From Giardia intestinalis (taxonomy: Eukaryota), in assembly GCA_000002435.2 (NCBI GenBank), contig CM018792.1: a stretch of DNA of 64,000 bases; one strand, given 5' to 3'. The notes under the pieces are model-generated. The model was given only the letters and a program-made list of their open reading frames with translations, made no database searches and was not told where the DNA came from. Of the stretch, positions 1 to 8,153 are shown one piece after another. The translations under genes and the position numbers were made by a program. Within the stretch, counting starts at the first letter, position 1. Each line of letters starts with the position of its first letter.

Positions 1-364
1 GTGTAGCGGCACCAACAAGCCCAACCTGGCTGGGAGCGGGTGCTTCGCATGTGCTGTTGAGGGATGCTCGCACTGCAATAGAGACAACATGTGCGAGAAG
101 TGTGATAACAACAAGAAGGTGAGCCCCGGGAGGAAGTCATGCGTGGATGGCTGTCCCAGCAACTCCACTGACACCGACTCTGTCTGTGTGTGCAACGATG
201 GATACAGCCCTGATGATGCTGGGGCCTCCTGTGTGTCCTCTGGCGCCAACAGGAGCGGGCTCTCCACGGGGGCCATAGCAGGGATCTCCGTCGCTGTCAT
301 CGCTGTCGTGGGGGGCCTCGTGGGCTTCTTGTGTTGGTGGTTCCTGTGTAGGGGGAAGGCATGA
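1..364 (+). CDS. VSP-like cysteine-rich surface protein, 3' fragment (5' end upstream of window)
   Basis: The frame is open from the window edge (codon phase starts at pos 2) to TGA 362-364. It translates ...CSGTNKPNLAGSGCFACAVEGCSHCNRD...[38 protein letters not shown]. It has a CXXC-rich ectodomain, an NRSG site, one TM helix and the invariant CRGKA tail, and is followed by the ACTTAGGTAGTGAAT box. Confidence 0.8.
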   Translation, partial: CSGTNKPNLAGSGCFACAVEGCSHCNRDNMCEKCDNNKKVSPGRKSCVDGCPSNSTDTDSVCVCNDGYSPDDAGASCVSSGANRSGLSTGAIAGISVAVIAVVGGLVGFLCWWFLCRGKA

Positions 365-378
365 CTTAGGTAGTGAAT
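364..378 (+). promoter_or_regulatory. extended VSP-type poly(A) signal ACTTAGGTAGTGAAT
   Basis: The box starts at the last base of the TGA stop. It fits the ACTYAGRTAGTRAAY pattern that, from memory of the Giardia literature, marks vsp 3' ends. Its ATG at 377 serves as the next unit's start. Confidence 0.7.
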
Positions 379-2364
379 GCTGTACAGTGATAGTGATAGT
401 GCTATGTGGTGTGGGGGTGATAGTGATAGTATGAGACTCCTCTTCATGGGCGGGTGCTACAAGACAGAGAGTCAGCCCGGCAGTGAGATATGCACAGCAG
501 CCAAGGATGGACTGTGCACTACTTGTAATACAGCTAACGGCCTGTTTAAGAACCCGGCTACAGCACCGAAGTCTGGTAGTGAGTGCATCCTCTGCTGGGA
601 CACGGTGGGAGATGGCGCGACGAAGGGAGTCGAGGGCTGTGCCACATGTACAGCACCAGCTAATAATAAGGGGGCTGCCACGTGTACTAAGTGCCAAGAT
701 GGATACTATAAGAACGCTCAGACATGTGTCAAATGTAATGAAGCTTGTCTGACCTGCGATGGAAGTGGCCAGAATGCGTGCACATCGTGCCCAGAGGGGA
801 AGTATTTGAAGACTGATAGTAAGACTTGTGTAGAGGCGTCTGCCTGTGCAAAGGGCACCTATGCCGACGAAGCAACCAGAAAGTGCGAATCCTGTACCGC
901 AGGCTCAGGTGCCGGCGGTACGGCAGGAGTGCAAGAATGCGCTGCGTGTGCATATAATAAGGCCAGCGGAAAACTGGAATGCTCTGAATGTACCGGCGGA
1001 GCCAAGATCCCCAGGGTGTCTTTGGATGGTACCTCGACCTGCGTGGCGAAGGACTACGCCGGGTGTGCCGGACAAGACAACGCTTTGTTTATAGTAGAGG
1101 ACAAGTCCAAATGCCTTTTGTGCGACGACGTTGAAACGGGGACAGATCCGAAGGATCAGGGCGTCGCCGGCTGTAAGGCTTGCACGAAGACCTCGAGTGC
1201 AAAGCCCACTTGCACAGAATGCTTGGAGGGATACAAAAGTACCGGAGTTGGTTCAGTAACATGCACCCCCTGTCACGCCAACTGTGCCACATGCTCAGCT
1301 GAAACTGCTGAGGATAAGTGCCTGACCTGCAAAGCAGGGTTCTTTCTAGTTGATGTTACGGGTGGGAAGAAGTGTGTCCCATGTGATAGCAAAACCGATA
1401 ATGGCATCGATGGGTGTGCCGAGTGTGATAACAGTACTGGATCCCTCAAGTGTACAAAGTGCAAGGTGAACTACAAGCAGAGCGGTACCGGTCCTGTTAC
1501 ATGTACCAAGACTTGTGAAGATGAGACTGCATGCGGGGGTACCTCTGGCGCCTGTGATGCCATCGTAATAGATGATAAGGGCAACACAAAGCACTACTGT
1601 TCATACTGTGGGGATGACAGTAAGGTACCGATTGATGGGAAGTGTGTTGATAGTGGTAGTATAAATGGTAATACTTGTGCTAAAGGTGTATGTACACAGT
1701 GTGCTCAAGGATACTTCTTATACATGGGAGGCTGTTATAAGGTAGCAAGTCCACCTGGTAACCTCATGTGCACTGAAGCAACAACAGCTGGTGTCTGCAC
1801 AGAGGCGGCCAACAATAAGTACTTCGTAGTACCAGGAGCATCCAATCAGAATCAGTCTGTATTGGCATGTGGTAACCCATTAGGCACACTAGTAGGCACT
1901 CAAGGTACTGCTAAGGCATACGTGGGGGTACTCAACTGTTCACAGTGCACAGCCCCAGCAGCTCTGTCTGATGGTGGTATGGCTGCTGCTATATGTACCT
2001 CCTGTGACAGTGATAGGAAGCCCAACAGGGATGGCAGTGGGTGCTTCGCATGTGCCGTTAGTGGATGCTCGCACTGCAACAGGGATGACATGTGCGAGGC
2101 ATGTAATGATGGTAAGAAGGTGAGCCCTGGGAGGAAGTCATGCGTGGATAAGTGTCCCAGCAACTCCACTGACACCGACTCTGTCTGTGTGTGCGACGAT
2201 GGATATAGCCCTGACAGCAGTGGGACCTCCTGTGTGTCTATGAGCACCAACAGGAGCGGGCTCTCCACGGGGGCCATCGCGGGCATCTCCGTCGCTGTCA
2301 TCGCTGTCGTGGGGGTCTCATAGGGTTCCTCTGCTGGTGGTTCCTGTGTAGAGGGAAGGCGTGA
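377..2364 (+). pseudogene. VSP-like unit 1, frame-shifted by a 1-nt deletion in a G-run (intact length would be 662 aa)
   Basis: An ATG at 377 (embedded in the upstream poly(A) box) opens a frame that terminates at TAG 2321-2323 (...AVIAVVGVS*). The near-identical copy at 20523..22511 has gtcgtggggggtctc where this copy has gtcgtgggggtctc at 2307-2320 (G6 against G5). The +1 frame 2323-2364 still encodes GFLCWWFLCRGKA* followed by the poly(A) box. This is either a pseudogene or a homopolymer sequencing error. Confidence 0.65.
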
Positions 2365-2378
2365 CTTAGGTAGTGAAT
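2364..2378 (+). promoter_or_regulatory. extended VSP-type poly(A) signal ACTTAGGTAGTGAAT
   Basis: The box follows the displaced CRGKA-TGA of unit 1 (2362-2364). Confidence 0.65.
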
Positions 2379-2417
2379 GCTCTATAGTGTATGATAATGG
2401 GTGATAGAGGGTGATAG
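2379..2417 (+). repeat. inter-unit spacer of GGTGATAG(A/T)G-type repeats
   Basis: The sequence is gctctatagtgtatgataatgggtgatagagggtgatag. The same spacer type recurs at 6192-6230, 15086-15124 and 18723-18761. Confidence 0.7.
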
Positions 2418-4277
2418 TGGAGTGAGATATGCACAGCAGCCAGTGATGGACTGTGCACTGCTTGTAAGACAGCTAACGGCCTGTTCAAGAACCCTGCTAC
2501 AGCACCAGAGAAGGGAAGGGAGTGCATCCTGTGCTCTGATACGACAGATAGAGACGGGGTCACGGGAGCCGCTGGATGCTCAGAATGCTCCCACACGGGC
2601 ACTAGCGGACCGGCCACATGCACTGTCTGCCAAGATGGATACATTAAGAAGGGTGATGCATGTGAGAAGTGTGATCAGTCTTGTCTGACCTGCGATGCAA
2701 GTGGTCAGAATCATTGTACATCGTGCCCAGAGGGGAAGTACCTGAAGAGTAATCAATGTGTACAAGATACTGGATGCGATGGAAACACTTATGCTGACCC
2801 GGAGTCGGGAACATGCAAGGCATGTAGTACGATACACGCAGAGTGCACGGCATGCTCCTTCGACAAGGCCACGGGGAAGCCGAAGTGCACTAACTGCGGG
2901 ACCAATAAGACCCCCAGGACGGCCCTCGACGGGACATCGACCTGCGTGGCGAAGACGCTTGAAGGATGCGAGGGCGCTGACGAGGCCTTATTTATGAAGG
3001 AGGACAAAACGTGTGCTCTTTGTAGTGATGTGACAGATTCAACTCTTGGTAACGAAGGAAAGGCCAACTGCAAGACATGTACGAAAACAGGAAGTGACAA
3101 TCCAACCTGCTCAGCCTGTCTCGATGGATACTTCTTTGATAGTGGTACTAGTACATGTACAGACAAGTGTGGTGATAACTGTGCCACATGCTCTGTTGCT
3201 GGTGATCCAAATAAGTGTGAAACCTGCAAGACTGGATACTTCTTAGTAACTACTACAGATCAACAGGGGAAGAAGTGCGTCCCATGCGATAGCGTAGACG
3301 ATAAGGGTCGCGAAGGCTGCAGTGTCTGCTCTAACAACGGTGCTTTCAAGTGCACTGACTGTAAGCCTAACTATCGCAAGGAGGGCAGTACTGGCTCTGT
3401 CACATGCACCAAGATCTGTGAAGATGATACTGCCTGTGGAGGAACTTCTGGTGCCTGCGATGCAATAGTGATTGATGATAAGGGTGTAGAGCATCATTAT
3501 TGCTCATACTGTGGAGAAGCTAATACGTATCCTATAGATGGGAAGTGTAATAGTGCTAAAGCAAATAATCAATGTGATCAAGGTGTATGTACACAATGCA
3601 CTAACAACTACTTCTTGTATATGGGAGGTTGTTACAAGGTTGATACAGTACCTGGACAACATATGTGCAAGACAGCAGCCAACGGTGTCTGTACTGCTGT
3701 TAATGCCAACAATAGGTACTTCATAGTCCCTGGGGCAACCAATCAGAATCAGTCTGTATTGGCATGTAGCAACTCCCTTGGCACACTAGTAGGCACTGGT
3801 GATACCTCTAAGGCATATGTGGGGGTAGATGGCTGTTCGGCATGTACGGCCCCAGCAGCTCCATCTGAGACTGGTATGACTGCTGCTGTGTGCACAGCGT
3901 GTACCAACAACAACAAGCCCAACCTGGCTGGGAGCGGGTGCTTCGCATGTACCGTTGACGGATGCTCGCACTGTGGAGCAGGCGATAAGTGCGAGGCCTG
4001 TACCAGTAAAGACCAGAGGCCGAACACAGACGGAACGAAGTGCATCGCCTGCAATATCGACGGGTGCGTCAGGTGCAGCGAGGAGAACAAGTGCGGCCAG
4101 TGCGGGGACGACTACAGGCTGGAGGGTGAGGCGTGCGTGTCCACCAAGCCCAGCGGGGGCAACAGAAGCGGGCTCTCCACGGGCGCCATCGCGGGGATCT
4201 CCGTCGCCGTGGTCGTTGTTGTGGGGGGCCTCGTCGGCTTCCTCTGCTGGTGGTTCGTGTGCAGGGGGAAGGCGTAG
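2418..4277 (+). CDS. VSP-like cysteine-rich surface protein unit 2 (619 codons open; no in-frame ATG before 2994)
   Basis: The frame is open from TGG 2418, just after spacer TAG 2415-2417, to TAG 4275-4277. The N-terminus reads WSEICTAASDGLCTACKTANGLFKNPA..., and the unit carries many CXXC motifs and YFLYMGGCYK. The C-terminus reads [38 protein letters not shown] and is followed by the poly(A) box. The ORF-track start at 2946 is a GTG. Confidence 0.75.
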   Translation, partial: WSEICTAASDGLCTACKTANGLFKNPATAPEKGRECILCSDTTDRDGVTGAAGCSECSHTGTSGPATCTVCQDGYIKKGDACEKCDQSCLTCDASGQNHCTSCPEGKYLKSNQCVQDTGCDGNTYADPESGTCKACSTIHAECTACSFDKATGKPKCTNCGTNKTPRTALDGTSTCVAKTLEGCEGADEALFMKEDKTCALCSDVTDSTLGNEGKANCKTCTKTGSDNPTCSACLDGYFFDSGTSTCTDKCGDNCATCSVAGDPNKCETCKTGYFLVTTTDQQGKKCVPCDSVDDKGREGCSVCSNNGAFKCTDCKPNYRKEGSTGSVTCTKICEDDTACGGTSGACDAIVIDDKGVEHHYCSYCGEANTYPIDGKCNSAKANNQCDQGVCTQCTNNYFLYMGGCYKVDTVPGQHMCKTAANGVCTAVNANNRYFIVPGATNQNQSVLACSNSLGTLVGTGDTSKAYVGVDGCSACTAPAAPSETGMTAAVCTACTNNNKPNLAGSGCFACTVDGCSHCGAGDKCEACTSKDQRPNTDGTKCIACNIDGCVRCSEENKCGQCGDDYRLEGEACVSTKPSGGNRSGLSTGAIAGISVAVVVVVGGLVGFLCWWFVCRGKA

Positions 4278-4279
4278 GT

Positions 4280-4294
4280 ACTTAGGTAGTGAAT
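4280..4294 (+). promoter_or_regulatory. extended VSP-type poly(A) signal ACTTAGGTAGTGAAT
   Basis: The box lies 3 nt after the unit 2 TAG stop. Confidence 0.65.
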
Positions 4295-4353
4295 GCTGTA
4301 CAGTGGGTGATAGAGGGTGATAATGGGTGATAGTGTGTGATAGAGGGTGATAG
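4295..4353 (+). repeat. inter-unit spacer, (GGTGATAGAG)n variant
   Basis: The sequence gctgtacagtgggtgatagagggtgataatgggtgatagtgtgtgatagagggtgatag has four GGG runs. Confidence 0.7.
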
Positions 4354-6177
4354 TGGAGTGATATCTGCACAGCAGCCAGTAATGGAGTATGCACTACTTG
4401 TAAGGCAGATAACGGCCTGTTCAAGAACCCGGCTGCACCATCAGAGAAGGGTAGTGAGTGCATACTGTGCTCTGATACGACAGATAGAAACGGGGTCATG
4501 GGAGTCGCTGGATGCTCAGAATGCTCCCACACGGGCACTAGCGGACCGGCCACGTGTACAGAGTGTCAAGCAGGGTTCGTTACGAAGGACAGTGCATGTG
4601 TGAAGTGCGGAGAGGGCTGCTCTGCCTGCTCAGCTGATACTCCGACTCAGTGTACCGCCTGCGTTGAGGGGAAGTTCCTGAAGGCTGACAAGTGTGTGGA
4701 TGCTAATCAATGTGACAATGGTAAGTATGCAGACCCAAAAACAGGCCAATGCAAGGCCTGCACGGACACAAGTGTCAATGAATGTGCTACGTGTGCATAC
4801 AGCGACACTCTTCAGAAGCCTGTGTGCACTGGGTGTAATAGTGGAGGAAACCTGCTTCTTAAGGTGAACCCCGATGGGTCAGCGACGTGTGTTGCGGAGG
4901 CAGAGTGCACAAGTGGCAATACGCACTTCCTTGAACAATCTCCAAAAGCTTGTGTTCCATGTGGTGATACTAAAAATGGTGGGATTCTAGGTTGTGATAC
5001 CTGCTCCTCTAAAACTACATGTACAAAGTGCCTCGATGGATATTACAATAGTGCAAGTGGTAATACCGCTACATGCACAGCCTGTGGTGAGAACTGTGCC
5101 ACCTGTGCTAAGGATACAAAAGACCAATGCACGACCTGCAAGCAAGGGTACTTCTTGAAGGATAGCTCCTCTGGTGAGTGCATCTCATGTAGTGATACAG
5201 CAAATGGTGGCCGCGATGGGTGCAGTGCATGCTCTAACAGTGGTGGATTCAAATGTACTGACTGTAAGCCTAACTATAAGAAACAGCTTAATGGAGATGC
5301 AGGGGATGACTATACGTGTACAAAGACCTGTGAAGATGAGACTGCATGCGGGGGGACAGCAGGGGCCTGCGACGCCATCGTGGTCGGCAACGACGGCAGC
5401 ATGCTCTCTTACTGTTCAAAGTGTGTTGGCGCCGGCTATGGCCCCATTAATGGGAAGTGCACCAATGCACTTGCAGGTAATACCTGCGCCGATGGTGTAT
5501 GTACGCGGTGCACCAACAACTACTTCCTCTATATGGGTGGCTGTTATAAAGCAACAGAGGTGCCTGGTAGCCTCATGTGCTCCGAAGCAACAACAGCTGG
5601 TGTCTGTACTACTCCCAATGCCAATGATAGGTACTTCGTAGTCCCAGAAGCAAAGGCTACTGATCAGTCTGTACTAGCCTGTGGCAACCCCCTAGGCACA
5701 CTAGTAGACCCTCAAGGTACTGCTAAGGCATACGTGGGGGTGGATGGCTGCTCACAGTGCACAGCCCCAGCAGCTCTGTCTGATGGTGGTATGGCTGCTG
5801 CTATATGTACCTCCTGTGACAGTGATAGGAAGCCCAACAGGGATGGCAGTGGGTGCTTCGCATGTGCCGTTAGTGGATGCTCGCACTGCAACAGGGATGA
5901 CATGTGCGAGGCATGTAATGATGGTAAGAAGGTGAGCCCTGGGAGGAAGTCATGCGTGGATAAGTGTCCCAGCAACTCCACTGACACCGACTCTGTCTGT
6001 GTGTGCGACGATGGATATAGCCCTGACAGCAGTGGGACCTCCTGTGTGTCTATGAGCACCAACAGGAGCGGGCTCTCCGCGGGGGCCATCGCGGGCATTG
6101 CCGTGGCTGTGGTCGTCGTCGTGGGGGGCCTCGTAGGGTTCCTCTGCTGGTGGTTCATCTGTAGAGGGAAGGCGTGA
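4354..6177 (+). CDS. VSP-like cysteine-rich surface protein unit 3 (607 codons; first in-frame ATG at 4498)
   Basis: The frame is open from TGG 4354, after spacer TAG 4351-4353, to TGA 6175-6177. The N-terminus reads WSDICTAASNGVCTTCKADNGLFKNPA..., the unit carries CXXC motifs and GGCY, and the C-terminus is ...NRSGLSAGAIAGIAVAVVVVVGGLVGFLCWWFICRGKA*. Confidence 0.75.
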   Translation, partial: WSDICTAASNGVCTTCKADNGLFKNPAAPSEKGSECILCSDTTDRNGVMGVAGCSECSHTGTSGPATCTECQAGFVTKDSACVKCGEGCSACSADTPTQCTACVEGKFLKADKCVDANQCDNGKYADPKTGQCKACTDTSVNECATCAYSDTLQKPVCTGCNSGGNLLLKVNPDGSATCVAEAECTSGNTHFLEQSPKACVPCGDTKNGGILGCDTCSSKTTCTKCLDGYYNSASGNTATCTACGENCATCAKDTKDQCTTCKQGYFLKDSSSGECISCSDTANGGRDGCSACSNSGGFKCTDCKPNYKKQLNGDAGDDYTCTKTCEDETACGGTAGACDAIVVGNDGSMLSYCSKCVGAGYGPINGKCTNALAGNTCADGVCTRCTNNYFLYMGGCYKATEVPGSLMCSEATTAGVCTTPNANDRYFVVPEAKATDQSVLACGNPLGTLVDPQGTAKAYVGVDGCSQCTAPAALSDGGMAAAICTSCDSDRKPNRDGSGCFACAVSGCSHCNRDDMCEACNDGKKVSPGRKSCVDKCPSNSTDTDSVCVCDDGYSPDSSGTSCVSMSTNRSGLSAGAIAGIAVAVVVVVGGLVGFLCWWFICRGKA

Positions 6178-6191
6178 CTTAGGTAGTGAAT
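6177..6191 (+). promoter_or_regulatory. extended VSP-type poly(A) signal ACTTAGGTAGTGAAT
   Basis: The box overlaps the last base of the unit 3 TGA stop. Confidence 0.65.
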
Positions 6192-6230
6192 GCTCTATAG
6201 TGTATGATAATGGGTGATAGAGGGTGATAG
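6192..6230 (+). repeat. inter-unit spacer, (GGTGATAGAG)n variant
   Basis: This spacer is identical to the one at 2379-2417. Confidence 0.7.
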
Positions 6231-8102
6231 TGGAGTGAGATATGCACAGCAGCCAGTGATGGACTGTGCACTGCTTGTAAGGCAGATAACAAGTACATAT
6301 TCCAGAATGGGGCAGAGAAGGTGACCCCTGGTAATGAGTGCATACTCTGTCATGATATCAAGGGAGCAGATGGATATACGGGGGTGGCTAACTGCGCCAC
6401 ATGTACAGCGCCAGCTAGTAGTACAGGACCTGTCACATGTACTGCCTGTCAAGATGGGTACTATAAAGATAACGATGCATGTACCAAATGTCATGCCGAC
6501 TGCGAGACATGCAATGGAGCCGGTCAAAATGCATGCACCCTCTGTGCGAGCGGGAAATATCTCGATGGGAACAATTGTGTAGAGGCTAATCAATGCACTG
6601 GAAGTAAGTACCCCGACCCAAGCACCGGCAAGTGCACAGCTTGTAACGCTCAAGAAGTGGGGATAGATGGATGCGACACATGTGAGTATGATACGACGCT
6701 GCAGAAGCCGAAGTGCCTGACATGTACTGGTAAGATAGTCAAAGAAGAGGCCGACGGGACGACCACCTGCATTGCTGAGGGGGCTTGTACCCAAAACGGG
6801 AACGATGGTCCGAACTTTCTAACTGAACCGAACAAAAAGTGCATTCTCTGCAGTAATAATGTAGATTCAACCCCTGGCAATACAGGTGTTCTTGGTTGTA
6901 GCACATGCTCTAAAGCTAATTCTGGTACAAATCCTCAGTGCAAGACATGCCTCGACGGATACTACAATAGCGCAAATAGTGGTAGTGGTACCGCTACATG
7001 CACAGTCTGTGGCGAGAATTGCGCCACCTGCACTCAAGCTGGCAATAATCAGTGTACTAAATGCAAGCCTGGATTCTTCATGAAAGGCAGTGGTCCTACT
7101 GGTGAGTGCCTTCCTTGTGATAATGCACAGGAGGGCATCGATGGATGTGCTGAGTGCACTGGTCCTGCAGGATCCCTCAAGTGTACAAAGTGCAAGCCTA
7201 ACAGGAAGCCCGTTGGAACCTCAGACAACTATACATGCACAGAGAAGACCTGCGAGGATGAGACTGCGTGTGGTGGTACCTCTGGAGCTTGCAATGCCAT
7301 AGTAATTGATACTGATGGCAACACAAAGCACTACTGTTCATACTGTGGAGATAGCAGTAAGTATCCTATAGATGGTCTCTGTGCTAGTGAGGCTCAAAGT
7401 AATACTTGTAACAACCATGTCTGTGAGTCTTGTACTACGGGGTACTTCCTATACATGAACGGCTGCTATGATGTGTCGAAGCCTCCTGGTAATCTCATGT
7501 GCTCCAAAGCAACAACAGCTGGTGTCTGCACAGAAGCAGCCAACAATAAGTACTTCGTAGTCCCAGAAGCAAAGGCTACTGATCAGTCTGTACTAGCCTG
7601 TGGTAACCCCCTGGGCACATTGATAGGCACTCAAGGTACTGCTAAGGCATACGTGGGGGTGGATGGCTGCTCCCAGTGTACAGCCCCAGCAGCTCCATCT
7701 GATGGTGGTATGACCCCCGCTGTGTGCACCTCTTGTGACAATAGTAAGAAGCCCAACCTGGCTGGGAGCGGGTGCTTCCCATGTGCCGTTGTTGGATGCT
7801 CGCACTGTGATATGGACAACAAGTGCTCCGCCTGCACAGAGGGGGGCAAGAGACCCAACAAGGAAGGGACAGCATGCTTTGAATGTAACGTGGAGGGGTG
7901 CGCTTATTGTAGTGGTGCTAATAAGTGTGAAGAGTGCAGCGATGGGTTCAAATTAGAGGGTGACAAGTGCGTGTCTTCTGGCACCAACAGGAGCGGGCTG
8001 TCTACTGGCGCCATCGCGGGCATCTCCGTCGCTGTGGTCGTTGTCGTGGGGGGCCTCGTGGGCTTCCTCTGCTGGTGGTTCGTGTGCAGGGGGAAGGCGT
8101 GA
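6231..8102 (+). CDS. VSP-like cysteine-rich surface protein unit 4 (623 codons; no in-frame ATG before 7080)
   Basis: The frame is open from TGG 6231, after TAG 6228-6230, to TGA 8100-8102. The N-terminus reads WSEICTAASDGLCTACKADNKYIFQNGAEKVTPGNECILCHD..., and the C-terminus is ...[38 protein letters not shown]. The ORF-track start at 6321 is a GTG. Confidence 0.75.
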   Translation, partial: WSEICTAASDGLCTACKADNKYIFQNGAEKVTPGNECILCHDIKGADGYTGVANCATCTAPASSTGPVTCTACQDGYYKDNDACTKCHADCETCNGAGQNACTLCASGKYLDGNNCVEANQCTGSKYPDPSTGKCTACNAQEVGIDGCDTCEYDTTLQKPKCLTCTGKIVKEEADGTTTCIAEGACTQNGNDGPNFLTEPNKKCILCSNNVDSTPGNTGVLGCSTCSKANSGTNPQCKTCLDGYYNSANSGSGTATCTVCGENCATCTQAGNNQCTKCKPGFFMKGSGPTGECLPCDNAQEGIDGCAECTGPAGSLKCTKCKPNRKPVGTSDNYTCTEKTCEDETACGGTSGACNAIVIDTDGNTKHYCSYCGDSSKYPIDGLCASEAQSNTCNNHVCESCTTGYFLYMNGCYDVSKPPGNLMCSKATTAGVCTEAANNKYFVVPEAKATDQSVLACGNPLGTLIGTQGTAKAYVGVDGCSQCTAPAAPSDGGMTPAVCTSCDNSKKPNLAGSGCFPCAVVGCSHCDMDNKCSACTEGGKRPNKEGTACFECNVEGCAYCSGANKCEECSDGFKLEGDKCVSSGTNRSGLSTGAIAGISVAVVVVVGGLVGFLCWWFVCRGKA

Positions 8103-8116
8103 CTTAGGTAGTGAAT
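8102..8116 (+). promoter_or_regulatory. extended VSP-type poly(A) signal ACTTAGGTAGTGAAT
   Basis: The box overlaps the last base of the unit 4 TGA stop. Confidence 0.65.
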
Positions 8117-8153
8117 GCTGTACAATGTGTGATAGAGGGTGATAGTATGATAG
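8117..8153 (+). repeat. inter-unit spacer, (GTGATAG)n variant
   Basis: The sequence is gctgtacaatgtgtgatagagggtgatagtatgatag. Confidence 0.7.
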
